NCBI GenBank assembly: GCA_965112735.1
Contig: OZ218952.1
Span: 3,100,001 to 3,164,000, forward strand
Reading direction: 5' to 3'
Source: Phaeosaccion multiseriatum
Taxonomy: Eukaryota; Protista; Ochrophyta, other classes
Length of the DNA: 64,000 nucleotides
Below the pieces are notes generated by a model. That model had not been told where the DNA came from. It did not search any database and saw only the letters and a program-made list of their open reading frames with translations. Of this stretch, positions 48,001 to 60,690 are shown one piece after another. Each line of letters begins with the position of its first letter. The first letter of the stretch is position 1. A program made the translations under genes and the position numbers.

Positions 48001-51000
48001 CGCCACCATCATGGCCACCGCCTCCCCCCTCGACTCCACAAGGGATAGGAACAGATGCTCTCCACTCAGCTGAGAAGGGGGGGGCGGGGGGTAAGAGGAA
48101 GAGGCTGTACAGTAGCAGGGGGGGAGAGGAGACGCCAGAGAGTCGGCTGGGCACGAGTTTGCGTTGGTCCACTTAGCCGCACTGAGGGAAAGCTCTCCCC
48201 TCCACTCCCCTCATCTCCTCTTGCCTCTTCTCCCCTCCACTCCCCTCATCTCCTCTTGTCTCTTCTCCCCTCCTCTCCTCCCCAGACTCACCCTCACGCT
48301 CTCAGTGCGGCTGAGACTGCTCTGTACAAGGAAGTAGCCCTCCGGATCTTCCTCCCACTCCTGCAAGTCATCTGAGACAAGGAGGAGGAGGAGGAGGAGG
48401 AGGAGGAGGAGGAGGAGGAGGAGGGGAAGTAGCCGACCAACAGAAGCAACGCACAGCAAAGGTGAGCTTGTCGCGTGGGAAGCGAATCTTTGGCCTCTCT
48501 TTCTGTGCCCCTTCGCCTCTGTGTATCTCCATCTCCCCTCTCTCCCTCTTTACCAACCTCTGGTGAGGGGCAGTAGCCGAAAGAGCACCACTTCTGTCAG
48601 CTCCTTCGTCCTCTCCTCACTCCAAAACTCCGCCATAGTCGTGGCGATGTGTGTGGCGACATGCGGCTCTACCCTGCCCTCCCCCCGCTGGGAAGAGATT
48701 ACTTCCCGATCTTGTTCCGCCCGAGCGTATCGCTCCAGGTCCTCTATCCTGAAGGGGAAGGAGGGAGGGAGGGAGGGAGGGAGGGGATTACAAGGCTCGG
48801 ACGGGTGTGCATTGCCCCCCCCACTCACCACCCACCCACGTACCCACGCACGCACGCACCCATGCACGCACGCACCCACGCACCCACACACACACACACC
48901 CACGCACGCATGCAGGCGCGCACCCACCCCCCTTTAGACAATACAATACCTGTAAGAAGGCTCGCTGACCACGTTGCTCACGAACCAGCAGCACTGTACA
49001 GTGAAGGGGCAGTACGGATACTGCGCTTGGCTCCCACCCCCACCACCACCACCACCACCACCACCACCTCCTCCACCTCCTCCACCTCCTCCTCCACCAC
49101 TACTACTGCTGTCTATCGTGTTGGGGGTGTTAGCGGCATGGAGTAGGGTGTCGTAGAAGAAGGAGAGGGTGGGGGCGAGGAAGGGGCCGAAGCTCAGTGG
49201 GTAGTCCTTCTGCGTGTTGACCAGCACCAGGGACATGCGGCGCAGCATCTTCTGCAGCTGAGACTGAGGATAGGAGGGGAGGGAGGGAAGGGGGGACGGG
49301 AGGGGGGGAGGAGGAGGAGGAGGGAAGGGGGGGGAGGGAGGGAGAGGGGGGGGGAGGAGAAAGAGGAGGTGGGGACATGGGGAAGGGAGGGGATACATGC
49401 GGGTAGGTATGGGGATGGGATGGGTGAGCATTGGGCTCACGCTTTCCCTTCCCTCTCTCTCCCCCTCTTTCAGAGTCCCCCCACCCTGCCCTCCATCTCC
49501 CTCTCCAGACAACCGACACGAGAACCCGCACCGGAACGGACTCACGTCATCGCCTCCACAAGAGGAACGTTCCTGGAGCGTACTAATCGCGGAGCGGATG
49601 GCAAGGAGGAGTGCCTTTCGGTTTGTGTGGAGAACGAGATAAGAGGACGGGGGCGAAGGCGAGCACACACAGCGGGTCAGGAAAGTTATGGACCACAGAG
49701 AGGGGAGGGAGGGAAGGAAGGATGAGGTCAGCGTGATTCACCCTCCCTACTACACAGACACACAAGAGAGAGAGAGAGACACACACACACATACACGCAC
49801 ACATACACACACTTGCTGTATAACCAACACACCCACCTCGAAGAAGGGCGGTACTTGTGGATGCTTCAGACCGGGCATACCCAGTGCCATAAGGAGCTGC
49901 AGAGCTTTCACATGCCTCTTGGCTAAACGGGTCTCCTGTTCGTCTCTGCCCAGCCCCAGTGTGAGCCATCGCGCTTTGACGGAGGGGAAGAGCTGCTCCG
50001 CTGCCACTGCGAAGCCCTTTCTATCGAAGCCGAAAGTCTGAGACGGCGGGGTGGGGGGCAAGGTGGGTGGGGGGTGTGGGGCTCACAGCAAGAGCAAGGT
50101 CGATAAACGATATATCACCAACTGCTGCTCTATCTCCAATTGCTGTCGTATCACCAACTGCTCACCTTTGTCTTGAGCTCCTTGAGCGCTTGGTAGAGCA
50201 TCTCGATGGCCCGACGATGCCTCAAGGCCGCTGCTCTCACACCGCGTGTTGTGCGTGTTGTGTACGCCACGGAGGAAGAAAGAAAGAGCAATGGAGAGAA
50301 AAAGGCCCCACGGAAGAGCAGAGACCATGAGGGAGTTGAGTGAGTGAGTGAGTAAGTGAGTAAGTGCGTGAGTGAGTGCGTGAGTGAGTGGGTGAGTGAG
50401 TGAGTGCGTGAGTGAGTGTGTGAGTGAGTCAGTGAGTGCGTGAGTGAGTGAGTGAGTGAGGGGTTGCGTGAGTGAGTGAGTGAGTGAGTGCGTGAGTGCG
50501 TGAGTGAGTGAGTGAGTGAGTGGGCTGCATTGCATGTTGTACAGAGGGGTCGACCTACCTCCTCCTCCTCCTCCTCCTCCTCCTCCTGCTGCTGCTGCTG
50601 CTGCTGCTGCCGCTGCCCCGCCATCACTGCCCCCCCCCTCCTGCCCCGCGATAGCGCCATGTAGACATACGAACAGCTGCGGCCACTCTTTGGGCCAGTC
50701 TGCGCGTGCGATCTTGCTGGCCAGCACACAAAGCTGGACTGCCACCCTGCAAGAGGAAGCAGCAGTAGGGGAGAGGGAAGGGGGAGGGGGGGCGGGGGGG
50801 TGTAGACGAGAGGCTAAGGCGAGCTGAAGTGAGCTGAGAGAGTGGCAGTAGAGGCATTGGGGGGAATAATGACAGGTAAAGGCATGGAATATCTGGGGAC
50901 ATTAATTGAGTTCCCCCTCCCCCCCCTCCTGTGCAGCAGGACACAAGGACACAAGAGACGGTAGCTACCAGGGGGACGAGCACCGCCTAAAGCGTTTCCC

Positions 51001-52002
51001 CTGCCCCTCCCTCATGGCAGGGCTCTGTGGCTCTGTGGCTCTGCCCCCCCCCCCCAAGCCGTTGCTTGCCCCTCCCTCACAGGAGAAACGACATGGCCAC
51101 AGGGCCGGCCCACCACGACAAGCTCTATTCCGCGGTCCTCGCTAACGAGTCCAAAAGAGATGGGCGTAAGCGAATTCAGCAGGGGAATAGGTGACAGGTT
51201 CTACCGGCGGTCCACCCTCTCCTTGTCCCATCTGTTCGCCCCTCCTCCACCGTGTGTATCACCACCAACTCTCTCGGCTGTGGAACTCTCCGAGTTCTTT
51301 GTCCTCACTTTTACTCAGGTGTGTTGCCCCCACTCACCTGTCATCTGGCTCGTCCAAGGCTGCCGTGAGAAGGAATGTGCGCAGTCTGTTCTTCTCCTCT
51401 GCGTCTACGATGCGAACCTTGCCTCCTCGGACCTTCCAGTTGCCTCTCACCTGTGGGAGAGGGATGTGATGTGGTGTGGATCAGAGCGGCCTGGGGTAAC
51501 GACGATGACGATGACGATGACGACCACCACAGCGGTAGCGGATAAAGTGACAGAGGCGACGAGGAGAACGCACACATTATCACCGCCTCTTCCCCTCTCC
51601 GTCCCGTTCCCACTCTCCCTACTCACTCACCAGGTTCTTCAGTAAGATGACGGCAACAAGACGCACATCCACTGCTACCCCAGGAGAGCCTGCAATGCTC
51701 AGCAACGCGTCCGAGAAGCCTGCACTGTTCTCTAGGCTCTTGAGCCATGCCTCGGCCGGAGTGCGCACGGCAGGGTCCGAGGACAGAGTGCATGCCTCTA
51801 TGGCTTGCAGCACTGGGAGAGGCGCGTGCGTGAGGCAAGAGGGAGGAAGAGGGACAGGGGCGATGGGCGGTGCTATGAGGGGAAGAAGGGGCAAGTCTGC
51901 GGATGCCGTTAAGTAAAAAAGGCGAGATGGGGATCGGAAGCGAGGGTCCATTGTTTCCTTCGCGTATCGTATGATACCTTGCCGGCAAGCATCCAAGTCC
52001 AT
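43404..52002 (-). CDS. IPO11: Importin-11 (importin-beta family), many exons
   Basis: MDLDACRQ|AIEACT...[11 protein letters not shown]...[63 protein letters not shown]. Confidence 0.88.
43839..43958. repeat. (GACA)n microsatellite in IPO11 intron (similar tract at 29819-29940)
   Basis: Direct tandem GACA units. Confidence 0.9.
50338..50522. repeat. (GAGT)n microsatellite, i.e. (CTCA)n on the IPO11 sense strand
   Basis: Direct tandem units inside an intron. Confidence 0.9.
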
Positions 52003-52281
52003 GGCCCTCTTGTGCTCTTGCTTCTCAAGTCATGTAGATTGGGAAGAACCCTTCGTACAGTTCCTCGTGAACCGGAGCTGATGAGAGAGAAGAGGGGAGG
52101 GCGAGGAGGATTACTTTTAGACAAGAATTTCACATCGCATGGCGACGGCTCGCTTCCTCTGATTTCTCTTCTCCCTCGCTTTTTTTCTCTTTCCCCTCTC
52201 TCCTATCCTCATATCTACATCAGATTTGTCTGTACAAGAAGGTTTGGTGCGGTTGGATGCCAGCGTAGGGCAGCTGCTGGA

Positions 52282-53184
52282 ATGAGTCCATCCACCGGGG
52301 TTGGAGGTGCGCTTACAGTGAAGGCGGCGCTCTTGCTTCTGCTGTCCTCGGCTCCCTCCAGCAGCGGCTTTCACGTCTCTCCTCTCTCGCCTACGCCGGG
52401 GACAACTGCTGGAAGCACCAGCAGTGCTCGCGGCGGAGGCCAGACTACCACGATGATGAACGCGCTTGTGAGGACAGCCTCGAGTTGCGTCAAGGGCACG
52501 ACCACTCGCAGCAGCATTCACCCAGCCTTGCGTACAAGAAGCATTAGCAGCCGGAGAAGGAAGCTTCCACACCATGCGGCGATGGCCATGTCAACAGCAG
52601 CTGGAGAGGGGGGGGCACTGCCCCACATGGAAGTGGACGTGGTGATCATTGGCGGGGGACACGCCGGGTGCGAGGCTGCGGCGGCTTCCGCGAGAACGGG
52701 GGCCAGCACTGTCTTGCTCACGCAGAGGAAGGAGACCATAGGTATATATGTGAGCATGAAGAGACGCCCTTTGCCCACTTTTGACCTCCCTCTTGGGAGG
52801 AGGAGCAGCAGGAGGAGGAAGTAGTACTCTGTGGGCTAAAGCGTTGCATGTCTTAAGGGTAGTCCTTGAGGTGGAGACACTTGGCAATGACCTTTCGCTG
52901 GCCTTGGCAAGAGGAAGAGTGGTGTGATTGGGCTCCCTTCTCTGGACGAGAAGGCGATGCGAATGTGCGTGGTCTGGTCTCATGTGCCCCCTCCTTGCTC
53001 CTGCTGCTGCTGCTGCTGCTGCTGGTGGTGGTGTACCACCAACTCCTGCCCACAGGCGAGCTGTCGTGCAACCCCTCCATCGGGGGCATCGGCAAGGGGC
53101 ACATCGTAAGGGAGGTCGACGCTCTGGACGGGGTCATGGGGAAGGTCATCGATGAGGTGAGGGAGTGAGCAGAGTGACCACGCG

Positions 53185-53223
<39 letters not shown>

Positions 53224-53378
53224 GCACACACACACACACACACACACACGGAGAGACACGCATGCACACACGCACGCACTCACTCATGGGCCGGGCCTGA
53301 TATTGCGTATTCATGTCGGCGGTCCTGAAGTAGTTTGGGTAGGTTACTATTCCATGTTTGGATGTCTAGAACTGAATG

Positions 53379-53425
<47 letters not shown>

Positions 53426-56400
53426 CGCAATGAATCGAATCTCTTCAGGCGGGCATTCACTTTCGCATGCTAAACCGTCGGAAAGGCCCCGCGGTGAGAG
53501 GGCCACGTGCACAGGCGGACAGGACCATCTACAGGTTAGAACAGAGAGGAGGGAGGAGGAGGAGGAGGAGGAGGAGGGGGAGGAGGAGGGGGAAGAGGAG
53601 GAGGACGAGGAGGAGGAGGAGGAGGATGAGGGGGAGCAGGAGGAGGAGAAGGAGGAGGAGGAGGAGGGGGAGGGAGGAGGACGAGGAGGACGAGGACGAG
53701 GAGGAAGAGGAGGAGGAGAAAAGAATAAGAAGGAAAGTGAGAACAAGCTCTCCTTTGCCGCTGGCAGGTGGTGATGCGATGAGCGCAACCACCGCGTCGT
53801 GCCTCTCGGGGGGGGGGGGGGAAGCACGCCATCGCAAATGAATGAGCGGATGAATGCCTCCTCTTCCTGCCCCTCCTGAATGGTCATCGTCTCAACCCCA
53901 CCCCCCACCCCTCTCTCTCTCTACCTTCATTGGTTCTTGTCCTTGCCACACTCTTAATTCTTTGTCCCCTCCTCCTCCTCCTCCTCCTCCTCCTCCTCCT
54001 CCTCCTCCTCCTCCCCCTCCCCCTCCCCCTCCTCCTCCTCCTCCTCCTCCTCCTCCTCCTCTCACTCACTCACTCACTTAATAGAGCAAAGATGCAGGAG
54101 CTGCTCGACAACTACCCCTGTCTTGAAGTGGTGGAGGGGTCGGCGGAGGACATGCTCCTAGATGAAGGAAGAGCGAGGGAGGGGGGGCAAGACGGTAGTA
54201 CTAGTGCGGTGAGGGGCGTGGTGACGGCGGACGGGAGGGAGATTCTGTGCAACGCGGTGGTGATAACGACAGGGACCTTCCTCAGGGCCAAGTGCTTCAT
54301 TGGGACGGAGTGGTATTGGGCAGGAAGGCATTTGAGGGACTCGGCACAGGTGAGAGGTGGTGATGTGGGGGGTAGGGAGGAGAGGAGGTGGTGGTGGTGG
54401 TGGTGGTGGAGGAGGAGGAGGAGGAGGAGGAGGAGGAGCAGGAGGAGAAAGAGGAAGAGGAGGAGGAGGAAGAGGGGAGGGGGGGTAGGTAGAGGGGAGG
54501 GGAGGATTGAGCTCTGGGAAAGCGTATCGATGTGTTCGATACTTGATCGATCTACAAAAGAGGTACATCGAGGTCGAGCACTCAACTGAACCTAAAACTG
54601 AAACTGTCGTTGTCCTGTCGTTTTCCTCGGAACGATACCACAGGTGGAGCCCCCATCCATCGGCCTGGCAGAGACTCTGGAGCGTTTCCGCTTCCCCATG
54701 TCCCGCCTCAAGACAGGCACCCCTCCCCGCCTCAATGGGGAGACCATAGACTGGGGGGCACTGGAGCCGCAGCCCAGTGAAGACCCGCCCATCCCCTTCT
54801 CTTACATGAATGCAAAGAGGGGCGTGGCGCTTGCTGACAAACTCATCTCCTGTGCCAAGGTGCGGGGAGGGAGGAACGGGGGCAAGGAGAGAGAGAGAAA
54901 GAGAGGGAGGGAGGGAGGGAGGGAGGGAGAAGTACTTCGGTTGAACTAACCCTTCTCCCTGGGTTTTAATGGGATGGCTTCTGATGGCTCCTGCATCAAT
55001 AGATGGGCTCTGACTCGACATCAATTCCTTCTACCTTACTCTCCTTCTTCTCCCTCTCTCTGTGTGTCTCTCTCTCCCCTCTGCCCCCTGTCCCGCTCTC
55101 TCAACCTCACTCTCTCTCTCTGTCTCCCCCCCACAGACGTACACCAACGCGGAAACGCACAAGATCGTCATGGCCAGCGGACACCTCCTGCCCGACACGT
55201 CCAAGGAGGGGGTAGGGCCTCGCTACTGCCCCTCCATCTACAAGAAGTGTCAGAGGTTTCCGGAGAGAGACTCGGTGGGTATAGGGTAGAGATACAGGCA
55301 GGCATATGGGTCGGTGGAGGGGGTAGGGTCTCGCTACTGCCCCTCCATCTACAAGAAGTGTCAGAGGTTTCCGGAGAGAGACTCGGTGGGTATAGGGTAG
55401 AGATACAGGCAGGCATATGGGTCGGTGGAGGGGGTAGGGTCTCGCTACTGCCCCTCCATCTACAAGAAGTGTCAGAGGTTTCCGGAGAGAGACTCGGTGG
55501 GTATAGGGTAGAGATACGGGCAGGCATATGGGTCGGTGGAGGGGGTAGGGTCTCGCTACTGCCCCTCCATCTACAAGAAGTGTCAGGGGTTTCCCGACAG
55601 AAGACTCGGTGGGTATAGGGTAGAGATATAGGCAGGCATATGGGCGGGCATATAGGCAGGCATATGGGTCGGTGGAGGGGGTGAGGCTCTATTCATGCCC
55701 ACCCCACCCCGCGTGTCTTGTGTTTCTGACGGTCTCCCTCCCCTTCCCTTTGCATTGTTCTGTTGTTGTGCGTGGTGTGTGTGTTCTGTGCGTACCCCCC
55801 TCGATGCCTTGCAAATGTTCCTTGGTTTTGATTTGGCTTTTGACTGACTGATTGCATGGGCACAGCACTTGAGCTTTCTGGAGCCCGAGGGCCTCAACAC
55901 TAATGTCGTGTACCCCAACGGCATGAGCGGCCCTTTCAGGGAGGATATTCAGCTTCTCATCATGCGCTCTATGAAGGTGACCGAGGGGGAGGGGGAGGAG
56001 GACGAGGAGAACGGGGAGTGGGAATGAGGGGAGGGGGGACGAGGCTAAGGGCAGCGCTGGTGTTAGAGCAGCAGAGCAGCAGAGGCATATGGGTAGAGCT
56101 GATCCATGCCATGCGTCTCTCCAGCGAGGTGACTGGAATGGGAACGTCTATTCAAGCCGCCCCCACCTCCCTTGTTGCACTCACTGTTGCACACCCCCCC
56201 TCCTCCTCCTCCTCCTCCTCCTCCTCTCGCCTTAGGGTTTGGACCAAGTGGAGATCATTCGTCCCGCGTACGATGTGGAGTACGATTATGTGGACCCCAC
56301 TTGTCTCAAACACACGTTGGAGACAAAGCTCATACACGGTACGCCATCTTTGAAGTGGGGGGGAGGAAGAGGGGGGAGGGAGGGAGGGAGGGAGGGATGG

Positions 56401-59400
56401 ATGGAGGATTGACCCGCATCACCTCATCTCTTAAGTGAATGCACCAATTGGCGTACCCAACTGCTGCTGTATCACAACTGTGGCTGTATCACCAATTCTT
56501 GCTGTATCACCAACTGCTGCTGTATCACCAACCCGCAGGCCTGTTCTTGGCGGGTCAGATCTGTGGCACTACGGGCTATGAAGAGGCGGCGGCGCAGGGC
56601 ATCGTGGCAGGCGCCAACGCAGGGTGAGCCAAGGGGAGGGAGAGAGGGGGGAGGGGAAGAGGGTGAGCGAGTGAGGGAGTGGGGTCCAGGGGAGAGAGAG
56701 AGAGGGGAGGGGAGGAGGGCTGAGCGAGTGAAGGGGAGGGAGAGAGGGGAAGAGGAGGAAGGGAAGAGGGAGGGTGAGGCGGCAGGAGAGAGGGGAGGTG
56801 AGAAGGGAGGGGCAGGGGGGCGCCAGGCGGTGACATGTTGGCTTGTTGGGTCCATGTGGTTTGTTTGGGTTGGTAGGCCCTTGCCACTCTCTTTCTTTCT
56901 CGTTCACTCAGTATCCCTTTTCTCTCTCTTCTCACACTTTCTCTTCCCCTCCCTATTTGTCTCTTCCTCTTCCTGTTTCTCTCCCTCTCTCTCTCTCTCA
57001 AAGGCTGCTGGTGCAGGATAGGCCGAGCTTCACGATTGGGAGAGACGAGGGGTATATCGGTGTGCTCATTGATGATCTTGTTACCAAGGGTGAGTGATAG
57101 AGAGAGAGAGAGAGAGGGAGGGACAGGTAGAGCGAGAGAGAGGGGAAGAGAGCGAGAGAGCGCGACAGAGAGAGAGAGGGGAAGAGAGACGGATATAAAT
57201 ATATAGAGGGAGAGGGAGAGAGAGAGTGAGACAGAACCTCACCCCCGCCCCCCCTCCCCCTCCCGCACACACATTCACACCAGGCACCAAGGAGCCCTAC
57301 CGTATGTTCACAAGCCGCGCAGAGTACAGGCTCTACTTGCGAGCCGACAACGCAGACATGAGACTGACACAGCGGGGCCTCGAGGCGGGCATCGTGGGGC
57401 CGGAGAGGGTGGAGGTGTTGAGAGAGAGGGAGGGAGAGGTGAGCTTTCAGATGAAGCAGTTGACGGCGTTTAGCATGACCATGGACAGGTGGGCAGATAG
57501 AGATCTGCCCCTCGAGCTGACCAAGAAGGGCCAGGACGGGAAGCGGAGGTGAGTGAGGAGTGTAGAGAGAGGGGGGGGAGAGGGATGAGGGAGAGGGGGG
57601 TGGGGTGGAAGGGGGGGGGGGTGGAAGGGGGGGGGGGTGGAAGGGGGGGGGGAGGGGCGGTTGAGGGGTGGTAGACGGGAAGTGACGAATCCATCAATCA
57701 ATGGGGACGGCTGCCGAGGCTCACTCACTCACGCACTCCCTCCCTCACTCATGCACTCCCTCACTCACGCACTCCCTCACTCACTCACTCACTCCCTCCC
57801 TCTCTCTCTATTCTCTTTCCCTCTTTCCCTCCCTCTTTTCCTCTCTCTGTCTCTCTGTCCCTCTTTCTCTCTCTCTCTCCCTCTCTCTCACGACTCAATC
57901 AGGACGGCTGCTGAGGTGGTGTCTATGCCTGACATGACACTGAGAGGAGTGGAAGAGGTGGGTTGCGTGTTGACCAGCAGGGAGGGAAGGGAGCTGAGCC
58001 TTGTTTAGTGGGGCGGTGGAGGTCGTTTGTTGACTTTTATCGATCCATCAGCACTCCCCATGCGGCCTGGCCCCCTGAAACGGCCAACAATCCTTCACGG
58101 ACAAGGATTAGTTCAAAGAGGGTTCGTTTCACCCAACTGGGTCTACCCCCCTCCCCTCCTCCTCTCCCCCCCTCCCTTTCTCTCTCCCCCCCTCCCTCCC
58201 TCCCTCTCTCCCTCCCTCCCTCCCTCCCTTCCTTCCTTCCTTTCTTCCTCCCTCCCTCCCTCCCTCCCTCCCTCCCTCCCCTCCCTCCTTCCTTCCTTCC
58301 TTCCTTCCTTCCGTATCACCAACAGGTCATGAGGGCAGAGTATAATGCGGCCGCCATGGAGTCTGCTGACGGCACTGTGTCTGCCTCACACGTGTCGCGG
58401 TCGTCGGGCTCTCCCTTCCAGAGGTCCAAGGGAGGGGCGGGAGATGCGGCGGTGCTGGCGGACATGCAGAAGGTGCAGAAGGTGAGTGAGCGAGACGAGT
58501 GAGATAATCATAATACGTAAGGCAAGACGATGTGGGCAAGGCAAGGAAAGACGAGCAAGAGAAGATGGTGGGTGGGGACGATCAGCAACGCGATGGGTGG
58601 AGAGGGTGAACGAGACACCAAATAATGCGCCCGCCCCCCCCCCCCCCCCACTCTCTCTCTCTCCGTGTGTGCAAGGTGTGTAGGTGTGCGGGAGCGTGTG
58701 TGTATGTGGGTGTGTGTATATGTGCGTGTGCGTGGTGTGTGTGTGTGATACGTTTCCCGATAACGCTATTCTTTTCCACCCCATTCACCCCTCCCCACTC
58801 ATCCATCTCATCCGCCGCCCCCCCCCCCCTCCCCCACACACACACTCACACAGGAGAGGGAGGCAGCAGGACTGACTGCTACGACTGAGCAGGAGGTCCC
58901 TCCTCCCCGCCCCGCGGAGGAGTGGGCACATGACACAGTGGAGGCTCAGTGCAAGTACGCCAACTACATGGAGAGGCAGGTGGGTGGGTAGTACGTCAAT
59001 GAAGTGGGTGTGTAGTAAGTCGATAAAGTGGGTCGGTAGTAAGTCAATCAAGTGGGTCGGTAGTAAGTCAATGAAGTGGGTCGGTAGTAAGTCAATGAAG
59101 TGGGTGGGTAGTAAGTCAATTACGTGGGTGGGTATTACGTCGGTAAGTGGGTGGTGGGTGGGGTAGATATGGGTGGGTGGGTGGTGCGATTGGGTCCAGT
59201 GTACATAGTGTGTATGTGCAGGGTAGGGGGAGGATGAGTCAGTCGATCAGTGGCACAGTACAGGGCTGTGGAAGAGGAGGGAGGGCCGCAAGGGCAGCTA
59301 GAGCGTTCAGGGGTGGGGGGGGAGTGATGAGAGGGAGGCAAGGATGGCAGTGGATGGAGTAAGAGGAAGGAGAGGCTGGCAATGAAAGCTCTGGTGTTTC

Positions 59401-60431
59401 TGGCGTAGTTAAGTGAGCTTCGCTTAATCCCTGCCCATATGCCTGCACAGGTGGCGGAGATGAACCGCTGGCGCAAGAGCCAGAACATGCGCATGCCTGC
59501 CGACCTGCAGTACACACACGACGAGATGCCCTCCCTCTCTTCGGAGGAGTTAGAGAAGCTTAGGGCTGCAAGGTGAGGAGGGAAGGAGAGGGGGTGGGAG
59601 GGAGGGAAGGAGGGAAGGGAGGGAGGGAGGGAGGAGGGAGGGAGGGGAGGAGGGGAGGGAAAGAGGGAGGGAAGGAAGGAGGTAGATGGGGAGGGAGAGG
59701 GACAGAGGAGAGAGGTAGGTAGGACGGGAGAGAGGGAGGGAGGGAGAGGCGGAGAGGGGGGGAGAGGTAGGAGAGAGGGACGAAAGAGGGAGCAAAGAGG
59801 GAGAAGAAGCACCGTGGGGGGGAGGCGAAGAGGGGGCGGAGAGAGGGAAGAGTGGGGAGAGCGGAGGGAGACGGATGGACGTGTGCGTATGTTTAGAGAG
59901 AGAGAGACACACACACAAGACACGAGAGAATCGTGAGTATGTAAAGAACGTGGTATGATCCGATAGCACGATGTTCACTCCTCACTTTTCCTCCTTCCTC
60001 GGCTTTGGTCATCATCTGCGATCTGATCTCTTACGTAACGTAATGTCCCATAGACCGGAGACTCTGGCGGCTGCATCTCAGATCTCGGGCCTCACTCCGC
60101 ACTCCGTCGTGTACCTCTACAATCACGTGGCGAGAAGGTAAGTCACGCAAAGAAGCGCTCCATACAAAAAGGCACGCACGCACGCACGCACCACGCGCGT
60201 GTCTGTAAGCTCAAGTGCAATATACCGGGGAGGAGTACGTTTGCAGTGAGAGGGAGGGTCTAGCGCGTGGCAGAGCGTCTGAGAGGAGTGCGTTTGCAGT
60301 GTGAGTGTTTCATGTGAGAGGGAGGGTCTAGCGCGTGTCAGCACTCGCAGTAAGCAGCAAGCAGAAGCCCCGCTCACGCCTCCCCTCTCTCCGCATCTCC
60401 TTTCTCTGTGTGTGTCCTTCCCTCTCTGTGT

Positions 60432-60479
<48 letters not shown>

Positions 60480-60690
60480 CTCTCTCTCTTCTCCCACTCG
60501 CTCTCTCTCTCCCTCTCTCTCTCTCTTCTCTGTCTCTGTCAGGTCGAAGGCCCGGACGGCGGAGCGGAAGCGGCTTGAGACGTTTGGGCATCACTTTCCG
60601 GGGAGCGGAGAGTCTCAAGACGGCGAAGCACCGCCTCCAAGCAGCGGAGAGGCTCAAGACAGAGACAGCCACGCGTCTCCCAGCAGCTAA
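52282..60690 (+). CDS. mnmG: tRNA U34 carboxymethylaminomethyl modification enzyme MnmG/GidA/MTO1, organelle-targeted, many exons
   Basis: [112 protein letters not shown]. Confidence 0.97.
55205..55685 (+). repeat. 111-bp tandem repeat (four copies plus a partial) duplicating an mnmG exon end and its donor site
   Basis: Units start at 55205, 55316, 55427 and 55538; each carries the [11 protein letters not shown]-coding stretch and CTCG|GTGGGT. Confidence 0.95.
58980..59123 (+). repeat. 24-bp minisatellite (6 copies, GTGGGTCGGTAGTAAGTCAATGAA) starting exactly at an mnmG donor site
   Basis: Units at 58980, 59004, 59028, 59052, 59076 and 59100. Confidence 0.9.
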
